IMG/VR virus record: IMGVR_UViG_3300025372_000001
Source: a virus
Lineage: Duplodnaviria; Caudoviricetes
Length of the DNA: 64,000 bases
Strand: one strand, 5' to 3'
Numbering within the stretch: the first letter of the stretch is position 1; every line of letters starts with the position of its first letter. Position numbers and translations under genes: made by a program. This document shows positions 47,904-56,696 of this stretch, piece after piece. The notes under the pieces are model-generated. The model saw nothing but the letters and a program-made list of their open reading frames with translations, was not told where the DNA came from and made no database searches.

Positions 47904-49403
47904 ATGATTAGATATGATAGAGAATATAGAGGAATTGTTATTCAAGATAATGATCCTAATCATGCAGGCCGCGTAAAAGTATATGTTCCAGAAGTCAATG
48001 TAACTTTATTAAAGAATTGGAATCAAAATAAGACAGAAGACAAGATGATTACTCATATGGGTGATAATACTGGAACTGCTCTTACTCCTGAAATTCAAGA
48101 CAGACTGAGAAAAATGTTACCTTGGGCAGAAGTTATGCTTCCTACTTTTGGTATGTCAACTAATGCTTTTTATCATGCTAACTCCAATAAATCATTTGGT
48201 GGTAATGATGGCGGATTAACTAGTCAAGATAGCAATAAAACTACTCAAGCCTTTCAACAAGATCAAACCGACGAAAACAATCGAAAGAATACTACATATA
48301 CACCTGATCCGTTAGGTAAGCCGCCTAGACAATCCACTGACCAATCCAATCTTAATATTGGTAAACCGACTTGTTTGCCTATGGATTGTGAAAGCAGTTC
48401 TAATCAAAATAATAAGTTTACTTTTCCGTCCATCTATCTTTCTTATAATAAGAATTCATGTGTTGCTAATTTAGCCCAAAGTTTGCCGAAGTCATATTCC
48501 TTATGTGAAAATAATATTATTCCTCCTTCTCCTACTAAACCGTTGAATGATTTAGTTACCCCTAATAATACAACTATATCTAATATAGAATTATCTGTGG
48601 AGAATCCCATTATAATGATTAATGGTAAAAAGGTGGATGTTAATGCAACTATATTCGGTATTAAATGTTTCGTTCCAACTAGTAATAACACCTTAAATTA
48701 TAATCCGCCCATATTATTTGCCCCATCTGTCACCAATGTAATTCCTCCTAATTATACAGATATTCCTATAAAAATGAATATCAACGGAAGCAATAAAATC
48801 AACACTGATTTCTTTTTTAATGGAACAAGTGGATCATTATATTCTTACAAAAGTGGAAATATTACGCTTAATATTGCTGCTAATAATATAGTGAATACCA
48901 CATTATATACAAATGGAGGGGCAACTTCAATGTCAAAGATTCAAAAGATTCTTCCATTAATTATCACAGGATTAGGACTATTAGCAAGTTTAAGTAATAT
49001 TATTATGCCAAGAAGTCCGGCTCGTTCTCCAATGATTTCCAGAGGAGGTGGAGGAAGTAATTTATATAGTAATGTCAATTCTAATCTTTTACCTGATAAA
49101 ATTAGAAGAAATTCTTTCTTAGGAGGAAGTAATAATGCATCTAGAGAAACACAGAATCAAGGCAGACAATCATTGACTAGTTATCCTTCTGATACACAAT
49201 CGAATTTACAAGGAAAACCTGATGTGGGTGGGCCATACAGACCCTCTGATCAAGGGAATAACTTTAAGGGAATTGTTTCTATTCCTTCTCCTGGTGCTCA
49301 TGTTTATGTGAGATTTGAAAACGGAGATGCAAATCGACCTATCATTACCGGAACATATGCAGGTAGAAATGATTATGAAAACATCTACGGGATTCCTAAA
49401 TAA
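47904..49403 (+). CDS. gp5: gp5 N-terminal OB-fold protein with large insertion
   Basis: YRGIVIQDNDPNHAGRVKVYVP...LPWAEV at the N-terminus; SIPSPGAHVYVRFENGDANRPIITG at the C-terminus. Confidence 0.75.
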   Translation: MIRYDREYRGIVIQDNDPNHAGRVKVYVPEVNVTLLKNWNQNKTEDKMITHMGDNTGTALTPEIQDRLRKMLPWAEVMLPTFGMSTNAFYHANSNKSFGGNDGGLTSQDSNKTTQAFQQDQTDENNRKNTTYTPDPLGKPPRQSTDQSNLNIGKPTCLPMDCESSSNQNNKFTFPSIYLSYNKNSCVANLAQSLPKSYSLCENNIIPPSPTKPLNDLVTPNNTTISNIELSVENPIIMINGKKVDVNATIFGIKCFVPTSNNTLNYNPPILFAPSVTNVIPPNYTDIPIKMNINGSNKINTDFFFNGTSGSLYSYKSGNITLNIAANNIVNTTLYTNGGATSMSKIQKILPLIITGLGLLASLSNIIMPRSPARSPMISRGGGGSNLYSNVNSNLLPDKIRRNSFLGGSNNASRETQNQGRQSLTSYPSDTQSNLQGKPDVGGPYRPSDQGNNFKGIVSIPSPGAHVYVRFENGDANRPIITGTYAGRNDYENIYGIPK

Positions 49404-49408
49404 TTTTC

Positions 49409-51397
49409 ATGCATTATCCTTCCAAATATAGTAGTGATCCCGCTAATTCTGCCGACAAGCTTAGAAATTTATCTTTGATAAATCAACCGGCTGGTTACTT
49501 AGAATTCATCAACACTAAAGACGAAGAAGTTGTCACTCTTGGACATAAAATCGGTTCTTATGATCGTTTCTACAAAGACGGCAAAGAATCCTTAGTAGTT
49601 GGAAAGAAACGTCAAAAAGTCTTAGAAGACGAATGGCATACAGTTGGGGGAAATTATACTCATTGTGTTGATCAAAATATAGAAACTATTACTCTTGGAG
49701 ACGTTAATGATAAAATTGGTGATATTGTTAAATGGCAACAATATGTTGAACAATATAAAAAACTCCTAACAGAATATCATAATGATGTTAGAAAATTTGA
49801 AGTACAAAGAACAAGTTATGAAAATGTAATTGATCAATCACCAGGACAATCTAAATCAGGAACACATGCCAGGTGTCCTATTCATGGAACGCAATCTAAG
49901 ACCCTTTTAACAAGTTCTGCATCATCTTTAGGGTCAGGTTCCCTGAGTAGTGCTACGTGTCGCCAAATACAGCAAATAACGCAAACAAAGGACCAATACC
50001 AAAATGTTGCCGGTGGCGGAAAGGATTGTTTCATTTGTGGCGGTTCTTTATTAAGTCCATCTTCCCAAGATGGTATCTTTGTTCCTGATCCTGCCAAAGC
50101 TCAACTAATTACAAAACGAGTCGAATTACAAAAACAATTATATGAAATTGAAAGACATTTGGGACAAAATAAAAATCCTCAAGGAGGTTCTAAGTTTTTA
50201 ACTATTGCAAAAGATTATTTCTTATCTGTTGGGTTAGTGATGAACGATTTAGAATCATTTAGAAGAGATTCGATTGGTAAGTTAGTTCCTTGTGGGGTCA
50301 AAATTGATCCGGCAGGAACTAACTTGTACATCCAGTACAAGGAAAGTCCATTGGTGGAAGTGGTTGATGTGGAGAAGATTCCAGGAGGAACATTTGAGAT
50401 TCAAGCCAATCATAATTTTAACTTAGTTGCAGGTTCAGGAGGAATAATGATGAAAACATCAGGACAAATGCAATTAGGAGGAACCTTGTTTACGGCTGCA
50501 ATGGAAAATATTCTAATGAGTTCCCGAAGTGAGATTACTCTTGCGGCTAAACGTATTGATCTTAATGCAGATATTATTTCTCTTAGACCTAATGAAATTG
50601 ACGGTAAGTTAGGGAAAGAGCAACAATTATTAATTGATAGTAATTTAAATGTGGGAATTAATGCCGTTGTTAAAGGAGGATTACATGTAGAAGGGAATGT
50701 ATCTCTTCATCATGTGGATGCACCTTTAGAATGGCATACGACTGAAGCAGATTTTGAATTAGCTGTTCAGCAAGAACCTACTCCTACTATGTGTATTCCC
50801 GAAGGAAGAATACCATTGCCAGGAGTAATACAAAGTCCTCCCGATATGTCGGGAAATACTAAAGGTACTACTTACGGTAATCTATTACCAGGAGCATTAA
50901 TTGGATGGGCAGAAGGGGTAGATTCTAAAGGAGATACGCATTGTTTAAATGTATATAGTCTTGCTGCTGCCAATGTAGTTTGTATGCATCCTCACTATCA
51001 TAATTTTCCTACATTACCTTTAACATTACATACTCAAGGAGATATGCATGGAGAGGTGAGAAAAGTTGGAGCAAACAATAATAGTAATATTCCTTTTGTT
51101 GCTACACAGATTAAGGATAAATTTGTTCCATTATCTACCTCAGAAGGTAAGAAAGTTGCAAATGTTGAAAAGGGTCAAAAGGATACACTTCCAACAGGAG
51201 AAGGTGTTCGGACTTCTAATTATACTCGACAACAAATTGTCCAGAAAATGCAACAACTGGCTTCTCAAATGGAATCCCAATATTCTGATCTAAAAAATCA
51301 ATTAAGTAATCTATCGCAATTTAATCTGAATATAGATGTCGATCATTCAGGAGAAAATACTACTTTTATTGGAAATAGTCCTGATACTTGTATATAG
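49409..51397 (+). CDS. gp5 C-terminal beta-helix spike-like protein
   Basis: NQPAGYLEFINT...TLGHKIGSY, periodic V-G repeats; Cys cluster (CPIH...CFIC). Confidence 0.6.
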   Translation: MHYPSKYSSDPANSADKLRNLSLINQPAGYLEFINTKDEEVVTLGHKIGSYDRFYKDGKESLVVGKKRQKVLEDEWHTVGGNYTHCVDQNIETITLGDVNDKIGDIVKWQQYVEQYKKLLTEYHNDVRKFEVQRTSYENVIDQSPGQSKSGTHARCPIHGTQSKTLLTSSASSLGSGSLSSATCRQIQQITQTKDQYQNVAGGGKDCFICGGSLLSPSSQDGIFVPDPAKAQLITKRVELQKQLYEIERHLGQNKNPQGGSKFLTIAKDYFLSVGLVMNDLESFRRDSIGKLVPCGVKIDPAGTNLYIQYKESPLVEVVDVEKIPGGTFEIQANHNFNLVAGSGGIMMKTSGQMQLGGTLFTAAMENILMSSRSEITLAAKRIDLNADIISLRPNEIDGKLGKEQQLLIDSNLNVGINAVVKGGLHVEGNVSLHHVDAPLEWHTTEADFELAVQQEPTPTMCIPEGRIPLPGVIQSPPDMSGNTKGTTYGNLLPGALIGWAEGVDSKGDTHCLNVYSLAAANVVCMHPHYHNFPTLPLTLHTQGDMHGEVRKVGANNNSNIPFVATQIKDKFVPLSTSEGKKVANVEKGQKDTLPTGEGVRTSNYTRQQIVQKMQQLASQMESQYSDLKNQLSNLSQFNLNIDVDHSGENTTFIGNSPDTCI

Positions 51398-51413
51398 AAT
51401 AAATATCATTATT

Positions 51414-51908
51414 ATGACTGATAGATTTAATACTTTTTTTAACTGGTTAGTGTCTTGGGAAGGTTCCACCTTTGAAGATGATAAAAATGACAAAGGTGGC
51501 CAGACCAAATACGGCCTGGATGCTGCTAGTCATCCCGGTTTAGATATTAAAAATCTAACTAGGGAACAAGCTGCTCAAATCTACTGGAAAGAATCTTGGA
51601 CGGATTTACATATTGAAGAATTACCTGCCGGAATTGGAGAAATTGTCAGTAATATTGCTATCAATTGTGGAACAGGTAAAATAAAATGGTTACAAGAAAT
51701 TGCAGGCGTTACACCAGATGGTAAAATCGGACCTGCTACTATTGCTGCCGTTAATAAATTAGACAGACAAGAAGTGATTGATAAATTATTAACTAAATTA
51801 ACTTCTTTCTATCGAGCTATTGGGGTAGGCACTAACCAAAGATTTGTTAAGGGATGGCTTAACAGGACTGCTGATCTTAAAGATTTTGTGGCTAAATTAA
51901 AGCCTTAA
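51414..51908 (+). CDS. GH108 muramidase with peptidoglycan-binding domain (endolysin-like)
   Basis: EGS...DKGGQTKYG, LTREQAAQIY, DGKIGPAT, F.KGWLNR. Start at ATG 51414 after a TAAATA box. Confidence 0.85.
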   Translation: MTDRFNTFFNWLVSWEGSTFEDDKNDKGGQTKYGLDAASHPGLDIKNLTREQAAQIYWKESWTDLHIEELPAGIGEIVSNIAINCGTGKIKWLQEIAGVTPDGKIGPATIAAVNKLDRQEVIDKLLTKLTSFYRAIGVGTNQRFVKGWLNRTADLKDFVAKLKP

Positions 51909-52279
51909 AAATCTTCGTCGTCATCTTCGTCAAAGTCTTCCATCATTCGGTGTCCAATACTATCAGAGAAGTAGATGTTGAAGAATTCAAAAGCAAGATC
52001 ATTTAAACCCCTTGTTTCCAAAGGGGTTCCATGATTTTCAACAATAATTGTTTCTAATCCATCCGCAGAGAAACCTACAAGCATATAACTATCCATGAAC
52101 TCATGTAAAAGATGTTTAAGCATCTTAACAAATTGTTCTTTCTTTTCAAGAGAAAGATTTTTATATCCTTTGGGTAAGCGTGGATTGGTTGGCAACGAAT
52201 TAATTACATCATCTACCTTTTGATAATGATGAAGCGATTCTGCTATCTTATCCTTTTTGGTAGGTTTTTTTCTTGCCAT
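51905..52279 (-). CDS. Hypothetical protein
   Basis: Start at ATG 52279 after TATAAATA (52285-52292, minus). Confidence 0.7.
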   Translation of the reverse strand: MARKKPTKKDKIAESLHHYQKVDDVINSLPTNPRLPKGYKNLSLEKKEQFVKMLKHLLHEFMDSYMLVGFSADGLETIIVENHGTPLETRGLNDLAFEFFNIYFSDSIGHRMMEDFDEDDDEDF

Positions 52280-52287
52280 GTAATTAT

Positions 52288-52614
52288 TTATAAAATTTCT
52301 GTTCGTGCTTTTCCGTAGTGCCAATGTTTGTTTACAATACCTCGTTCGTTGAAATAGTCAATCAATACTTCCACAGAATCCGTATCAATCCTTAGATTAG
52401 GATTGAAGAATCTTCCGCCATCATATAATTGAATGGTAGAATCTTTGAAACAGGTAAGAATAATAGAAGAAACTCCATTATCTACAATGATAGACCATTT
52501 ACGTTTGTCTTCTTCTGTGTAAGAAAGACTATCAATTCGGTCTACAATATATCCGCTATCTCGTAGACGTTTGATAGCATATGATTGGGTGGTGATACGA
52601 TTATTACTGCTCAT
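52288..52614 (-). CDS. Hypothetical protein, tandem paralog A
   Basis: SYTEEDKRKWSIIVDNGVSSIILT. Confidence 0.65.
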   Translation of the reverse strand: MSSNNRITTQSYAIKRLRDSGYIVDRIDSLSYTEEDKRKWSIIVDNGVSSIILTCFKDSTIQLYDGGRFFNPNLRIDTDSVEVLIDYFNERGIVNKHWHYGKARTEIL

Positions 52615-52915
52615 TTGATTCAAAATATGTGGTTACAATTCCTTTACCTAATAGGGTTTCTAACATAGGATAAACATCTTCCTGATAAACATCAGTATGA
52701 ACCTTATCAGAAGTTACCACATCAAAATACCTCGTTCCAGGACCGTATTTGTTAATACCGTACGTTACAATAATATTTTCCTTTCCAGGATTAATAACTG
52801 CACTCCAACATCTATGGTCGGATTGATGATAAACTAAATCAAGCTTAAGTACTTGACATTCATAATGTCGTACCTTGCCTAAAAATGTGGGATAATCTAG
52901 ATATGTGTCTCTCAT
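52604..52915 (-). CDS. Hypothetical protein, tandem paralog B
   Basis: VYHQSDHRCWSAVINPGKENIIVT. Confidence 0.65.
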   Translation of the reverse strand: MRDTYLDYPTFLGKVRHYECQVLKLDLVYHQSDHRCWSAVINPGKENIIVTYGINKYGPGTRYFDVVTSDKVHTDVYQEDVYPMLETLLGKGIVTTYFESNEQ

Positions 52916-52919
52916 GGGT

Positions 52920-53654
52920 TTATTTCTTTAATGAAGTTGTAAGATATTGATAGTTACTGTTCTCTCTTTGAAATTGGGCAATTAATGCATTTCGACCTAA
53001 CTTAAATATAACATCCGTATTTGCTCTTTCTAGCAATTTTAGAATATTAATGTTAAAAATATTTGAAGGAATCTCGCCTCTAAAATTATCTGAAATTAAA
53101 ATCTTAATGTCATCATGTACATTAGCCGATTCTGCACTCTTATCACCAAACAAAAAGTATAATTTATTTCCTTCCAATTCAATATAAAACTTTTCAGTCT
53201 CGGAACTGAAATCCAGAACCCTTTTAAGCTCAGACATAATGCTTGCTTCTACTTTAATTTCAGTAGTAAAAGGAAATCTATCAATTGCTTCTGGATTAAT
53301 CTTGGGATCAATTAATAAATTTTGATCAAGAAGTTTAAGATTGAATTTAAGCAAATCGTCTTGATAAGATAGATTGTTATTTTGAATATTAAAAGTGGAA
53401 ACACTTTCTGCCTTCTTTAAACAAGTTAATGCTTTAGTCAATCTAGTTAGATTTACATTAAATCTTGGTAAAGGGTCTTCAATATTAAAAGGAGAGTAGG
53501 TGTTATAGAGACTTACACGATTATCAGACGTTTGGGAAATGCTATATAAGAGGTTATCTTTTACGAAGATGGCGGCTTTACCGTCTTTATTAATCTCCAG
53601 AATCGGAGCTACAAATTCTTTCTGAAAGGATCGAAGATTGATCGTTAACTTCAT
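52920..53654 (-). CDS. gp45: Sliding clamp gp45
   Basis: 244 aa two-domain beta pattern with D..K.F N-terminal and Y.....L C-terminal features; replication cluster. Confidence 0.65.
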   Translation of the reverse strand: MKLTINLRSFQKEFVAPILEINKDGKAAIFVKDNLLYSISQTSDNRVSLYNTYSPFNIEDPLPRFNVNLTRLTKALTCLKKAESVSTFNIQNNNLSYQDDLLKFNLKLLDQNLLIDPKINPEAIDRFPFTTEIKVEASIMSELKRVLDFSSETEKFYIELEGNKLYFLFGDKSAESANVHDDIKILISDNFRGEIPSNIFNINILKLLERANTDVIFKLGRNALIAQFQRENSNYQYLTTSLKK

Positions 53655-54237
53655 TATTGTCGATTATAGGATTGGTTGATTTAACTACAGGTAATTTACT
53701 TTGTTCAGTGACTCTTATCAACTTATTAACTGCTTTTTTTAAAGTTTTAATTTCTCTTAGAATTATATCTAATGTTGATTCAGGAGGACTTCCTTTTTCT
53801 TGTTGAACATTATTATATTTGGAATAATCTGGCATTTGAAACCCTTGCACATTTTGCATCCCATGAGTAATAGGAGAAGGGTATGGTTGCGGTTGAATTT
53901 GTCCTGCAACAGAAGGAGCTTGCATCAAATCAACGGGATTACCATCTTTATCTCTCATGATAAGAGGCAATTGAACATTGTTAGCAGGGATGCTTTCAGG
54001 TAAACCATATTCACTAACTCCTCCTGAATTAAAATTTTGTTGAGGAGGATAATACGGTTGAGGGGGTTGTTGATAAGGATTAGGAGGATAGTATGGCTGT
54101 TGTTGAGGATATTGGGGTTGATTCGGATTTAAAAATCTTCGGGGATCAATTCTACCATCTCTAATCTGTTTATGATTTAGCCATAAATTAGATTGGTGAG
54201 CTAAGGCAGCAATATCAATGTTATCATTCGGTTCCAT
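53590..54237 (-). CDS. Pro/Gln/Tyr-rich protein with C-terminal coiled coil
   Basis: PQYPQQQPYYPP tracts; ILREIKTLKKAVNKL. Confidence 0.65.
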   Translation of the reverse strand: MEPNDNIDIAALAHQSNLWLNHKQIRDGRIDPRRFLNPNQPQYPQQQPYYPPNPYQQPPQPYYPPQQNFNSGGVSEYGLPESIPANNVQLPLIMRDKDGNPVDLMQAPSVAGQIQPQPYPSPITHGMQNVQGFQMPDYSKYNNVQQEKGSPPESTLDIILREIKTLKKAVNKLIRVTEQSKLPVVKSTNPIIDNNEVNDQSSILSERICSSDSGD

Positions 54238-54291
54238 TTATAATGCTACTTAGCTCACCAATTAATTATTATCAATATCTACTTTAAACTA

Positions 54292-55236
54292 TTAATCGGC
54301 TAATAGTTCATCAATCTCTGCATCATAACTAGCTTTACTTGACTTAGCAGAAGTTAAATGCGGAATTTCATCATCTTCATCATTGGTATCAACCTCTTGC
54401 GTATCAGCAGCATCAGCCAATTCATCTTCTACAGAGGCAGAAGTACCGAACCAATGAAGGTCAAGTAGTTCTTTCAGTTCTGCTTGGGATTTAAGGGCAG
54501 GAACCAACTCATTTAGATCATGAGCAGATTGAAGAATTTCCATGACTTGATCTTTGGTATAATCCAGTTCAATTTCATATTCTTCCATTAGATCAAATTT
54601 GGATTGATCATAGTTAGGGAATCCGCCTTTTTCAATTACATCAAAAACAAATTTTACATTGTCTTTAACGGTATTTGGATAGAGGAAACCTTTCTTGCCG
54701 ATTTTCTTTTGTCCTGCTCCCATAAGTCCATCAAAGATAGCCTTATATACAGCAGATTTCGGATTCTTTTCTTTATCAAGTTGAGCAGGATAACGAGGAA
54801 CAACCACTTTACCAATGCTTTCTTTTGCAGCCGGATCGTCTCCGATTACTTTTAGAAGTAAGAAATTTACCAGTTGTTTCCGTTGAGAAAAGAGCTTATA
54901 AGTTTCTTTCATTGCTGCTTCATCGCCTGCTTCTTTGGCTTTCTTATATTCATCCCATTGTGTTTTGTTTACAATGTTTTCGCCTTTATACTTAAGGGCA
55001 GGATCATTATAAGACCTACCTAGATAGACGTAAGAGCCATCTACACGGCTAGTAAAACCGTTTTCTTCAAATGATACTAATGTATCTTTTGCAGTAGGAA
55101 CAAATAGACCAATGTATTTGCAACCTTTTTTGAAGCGTAGAATTCGGGGATCAACCGAACTGTTTACTGTCTTGTTATTCTTTTCTTCTGTTTCTTTTAG
55201 CGTATTAATATTATTAATAATGTCTTCAATGTTCAT
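54292..55236 (-). CDS. gp32: Single-stranded DNA-binding protein gp32
   Basis: DPRILRF...GF...NFL....DD...GKV...GGFPNYDQSKF...HDLNE; acidic tail. Confidence 0.8.
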   Translation of the reverse strand: MNIEDIINNINTLKETEEKNNKTVNSSVDPRILRFKKGCKYIGLFVPTAKDTLVSFEENGFTSRVDGSYVYLGRSYNDPALKYKGENIVNKTQWDEYKKAKEAGDEAAMKETYKLFSQRKQLVNFLLLKVIGDDPAAKESIGKVVVPRYPAQLDKEKNPKSAVYKAIFDGLMGAGQKKIGKKGFLYPNTVKDNVKFVFDVIEKGGFPNYDQSKFDLMEEYEIELDYTKDQVMEILQSAHDLNELVPALKSQAELKELLDLHWFGTSASVEDELADAADTQEVDTNDEDDEIPHLTSAKSSKASYDAEIDELLAD

Positions 55237-55298
55237 ATTTTTTGTTTGTTATTTTATTGTTTTTGTCAAGGAAAAGTTGTCTTCCCCTTTGAAATTAT

Positions 55299-55976
55299 TT
55301 ACTTCGTAATTCTGTTGTTTTCCAGATTTTTCTGAATGAGAAATTGCTCGATTTCTTTCACTTTCTTCTCTAAGAATTGTCTGGTTATCTTACTACTTGC
55401 CCATGCCGTAATCAAGTTATTAAGATCGATTTCTTCTCCGAAATACAACGAAAATTCATCAACTGGCATTGTTTGAATCAAAGATAAAAATCCTGGTAAT
55501 ACTAATACCAAATACCAAGAAATCTGATGATTCTTTAAATGCTTCAAACAATCATTTTGGGCAACTGATTTATATTGAACATACTGATATAGAAACAATT
55601 TATGTTCAAAACAGAAATTAGTTACAAACCTCAATGATTCCTTAATATATTCTAATTGTTCATCTGGTTTTTGTTGATCCAGAAGTTTGAAATAAGCAAT
55701 GCAAGTCATTAATGCTTTTTGCGTTGCGTATGATTCAAGGGAATAATATTGATCTTTTTCTTTAGTATGAACTTGGAAAGGAGCATCGAAGAATTCTTGT
55801 CTCCTCAAGTGTGGATATTTCTCAAAAGTCTTCTCGATTTTAATTAAAGAAGGAAGATATTTTTCTTCATTGAATTTAGAGAAGTCTCTCCTATAACGAA
55901 AAGGTTTATCATTATTCCTTCTTTGAGCAGATATATACCAATTATAAATCTGCTTTTGTGTCTCGTTTAACATCAA
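55299..55976 (-). CDS. Hypothetical protein, possibly gp59-like helicase loader
   Basis: Position directly upstream of gp32 as in T4; weak motif resemblance (EFFDA). Function is tentative. Confidence 0.35.
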   Translation of the reverse strand: MMLNETQKQIYNWYISAQRRNNDKPFRYRRDFSKFNEEKYLPSLIKIEKTFEKYPHLRRQEFFDAPFQVHTKEKDQYYSLESYATQKALMTCIAYFKLLDQQKPDEQLEYIKESLRFVTNFCFEHKLFLYQYVQYKSVAQNDCLKHLKNHQISWYLVLVLPGFLSLIQTMPVDEFSLYFGEEIDLNNLITAWASSKITRQFLEKKVKEIEQFLIQKNLENNRITK

Positions 55977-56416
55977 TGAATTGGAATTTGAAGGTCTTGA
56001 ATAAACTGCTTAATCCTTTGAACAATCTTATAATGAATCAACACATCATTGCCTTTGTAAGAGAAATTATAAGATTTTTTAGAAAGTAAAACTTTGGCAA
56101 TGGCTCTTTGATTGGATAAAAATGGATATTTTAAATAAAGAATAATGAAAACAATGTCTTCTAAAGTATTATTTTGAGAAGAGATATATTTCATGAATTG
56201 ATTTAAGCGAGTTATATCATAAAGATATTCGTCACAGAAATCAATTTCATATTCGTCAAAGTTTTTGTGATTTTGTTCAAAAAAATTGATTTTACAAAAT
56301 TCCAAAATCTTTTCTTCTTCTTTAACTTGTTTAGGAGAAGTGTCGAATGAGGACAATAATCCAACTAAGGATTTGAGCCATTTATCGAAGTCAAAGGAAG
56401 GGAAAATATTATTCAT
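55973..56416 (-). CDS. Hypothetical protein
   Basis: ORF with overlapping start/stop coupling. Confidence 0.6.
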   Translation of the reverse strand: MNNIFPSFDFDKWLKSLVGLLSSFDTSPKQVKEEEKILEFCKINFFEQNHKNFDEYEIDFCDEYLYDITRLNQFMKYISSQNNTLEDIVFIILYLKYPFLSNQRAIAKVLLSKKSYNFSYKGNDVLIHYKIVQRIKQFIQDLQIPIH

Positions 56417-56682
56417 TTTATTTTCTTAGATTTATTTAGAACGGGCCATCTGTGGCTCATATAGGACACAATAACATACCAAGATTGATCAGTCAAGTCC
56501 AAAAGAAACGTTCTCAACTGTTCATCTTTTCTTAACATTGAAAATAAAGTTACACAAGAAATAGGTTTATTGACAACGATGGATAACCATGATCCAAATT
56601 TATTAATTGTTTCTTCTAATTCAATAGTATTTAAAATTTCACTTGGAGCAGGAATAGTATGATCGTACGGTAACATGACCAT
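56413..56682 (-). CDS. Hypothetical protein
   Basis: ORF with TAAATA box upstream. Confidence 0.65.
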   Translation of the reverse strand: MVMLPYDHTIPAPSEILNTIELEETINKFGSWLSIVVNKPISCVTLFSMLRKDEQLRTFLLDLTDQSWYVIVSYMSHRWPVLNKSKKIK

Positions 56683-56696
56683 ATTTATTCCTTAAA

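Noticed and set aside
55238-55270. TTGACA upstream of gp32 as a sigma70 promoter
   Set aside because: No credible -10 hexamer at 16-18 nt spacing.
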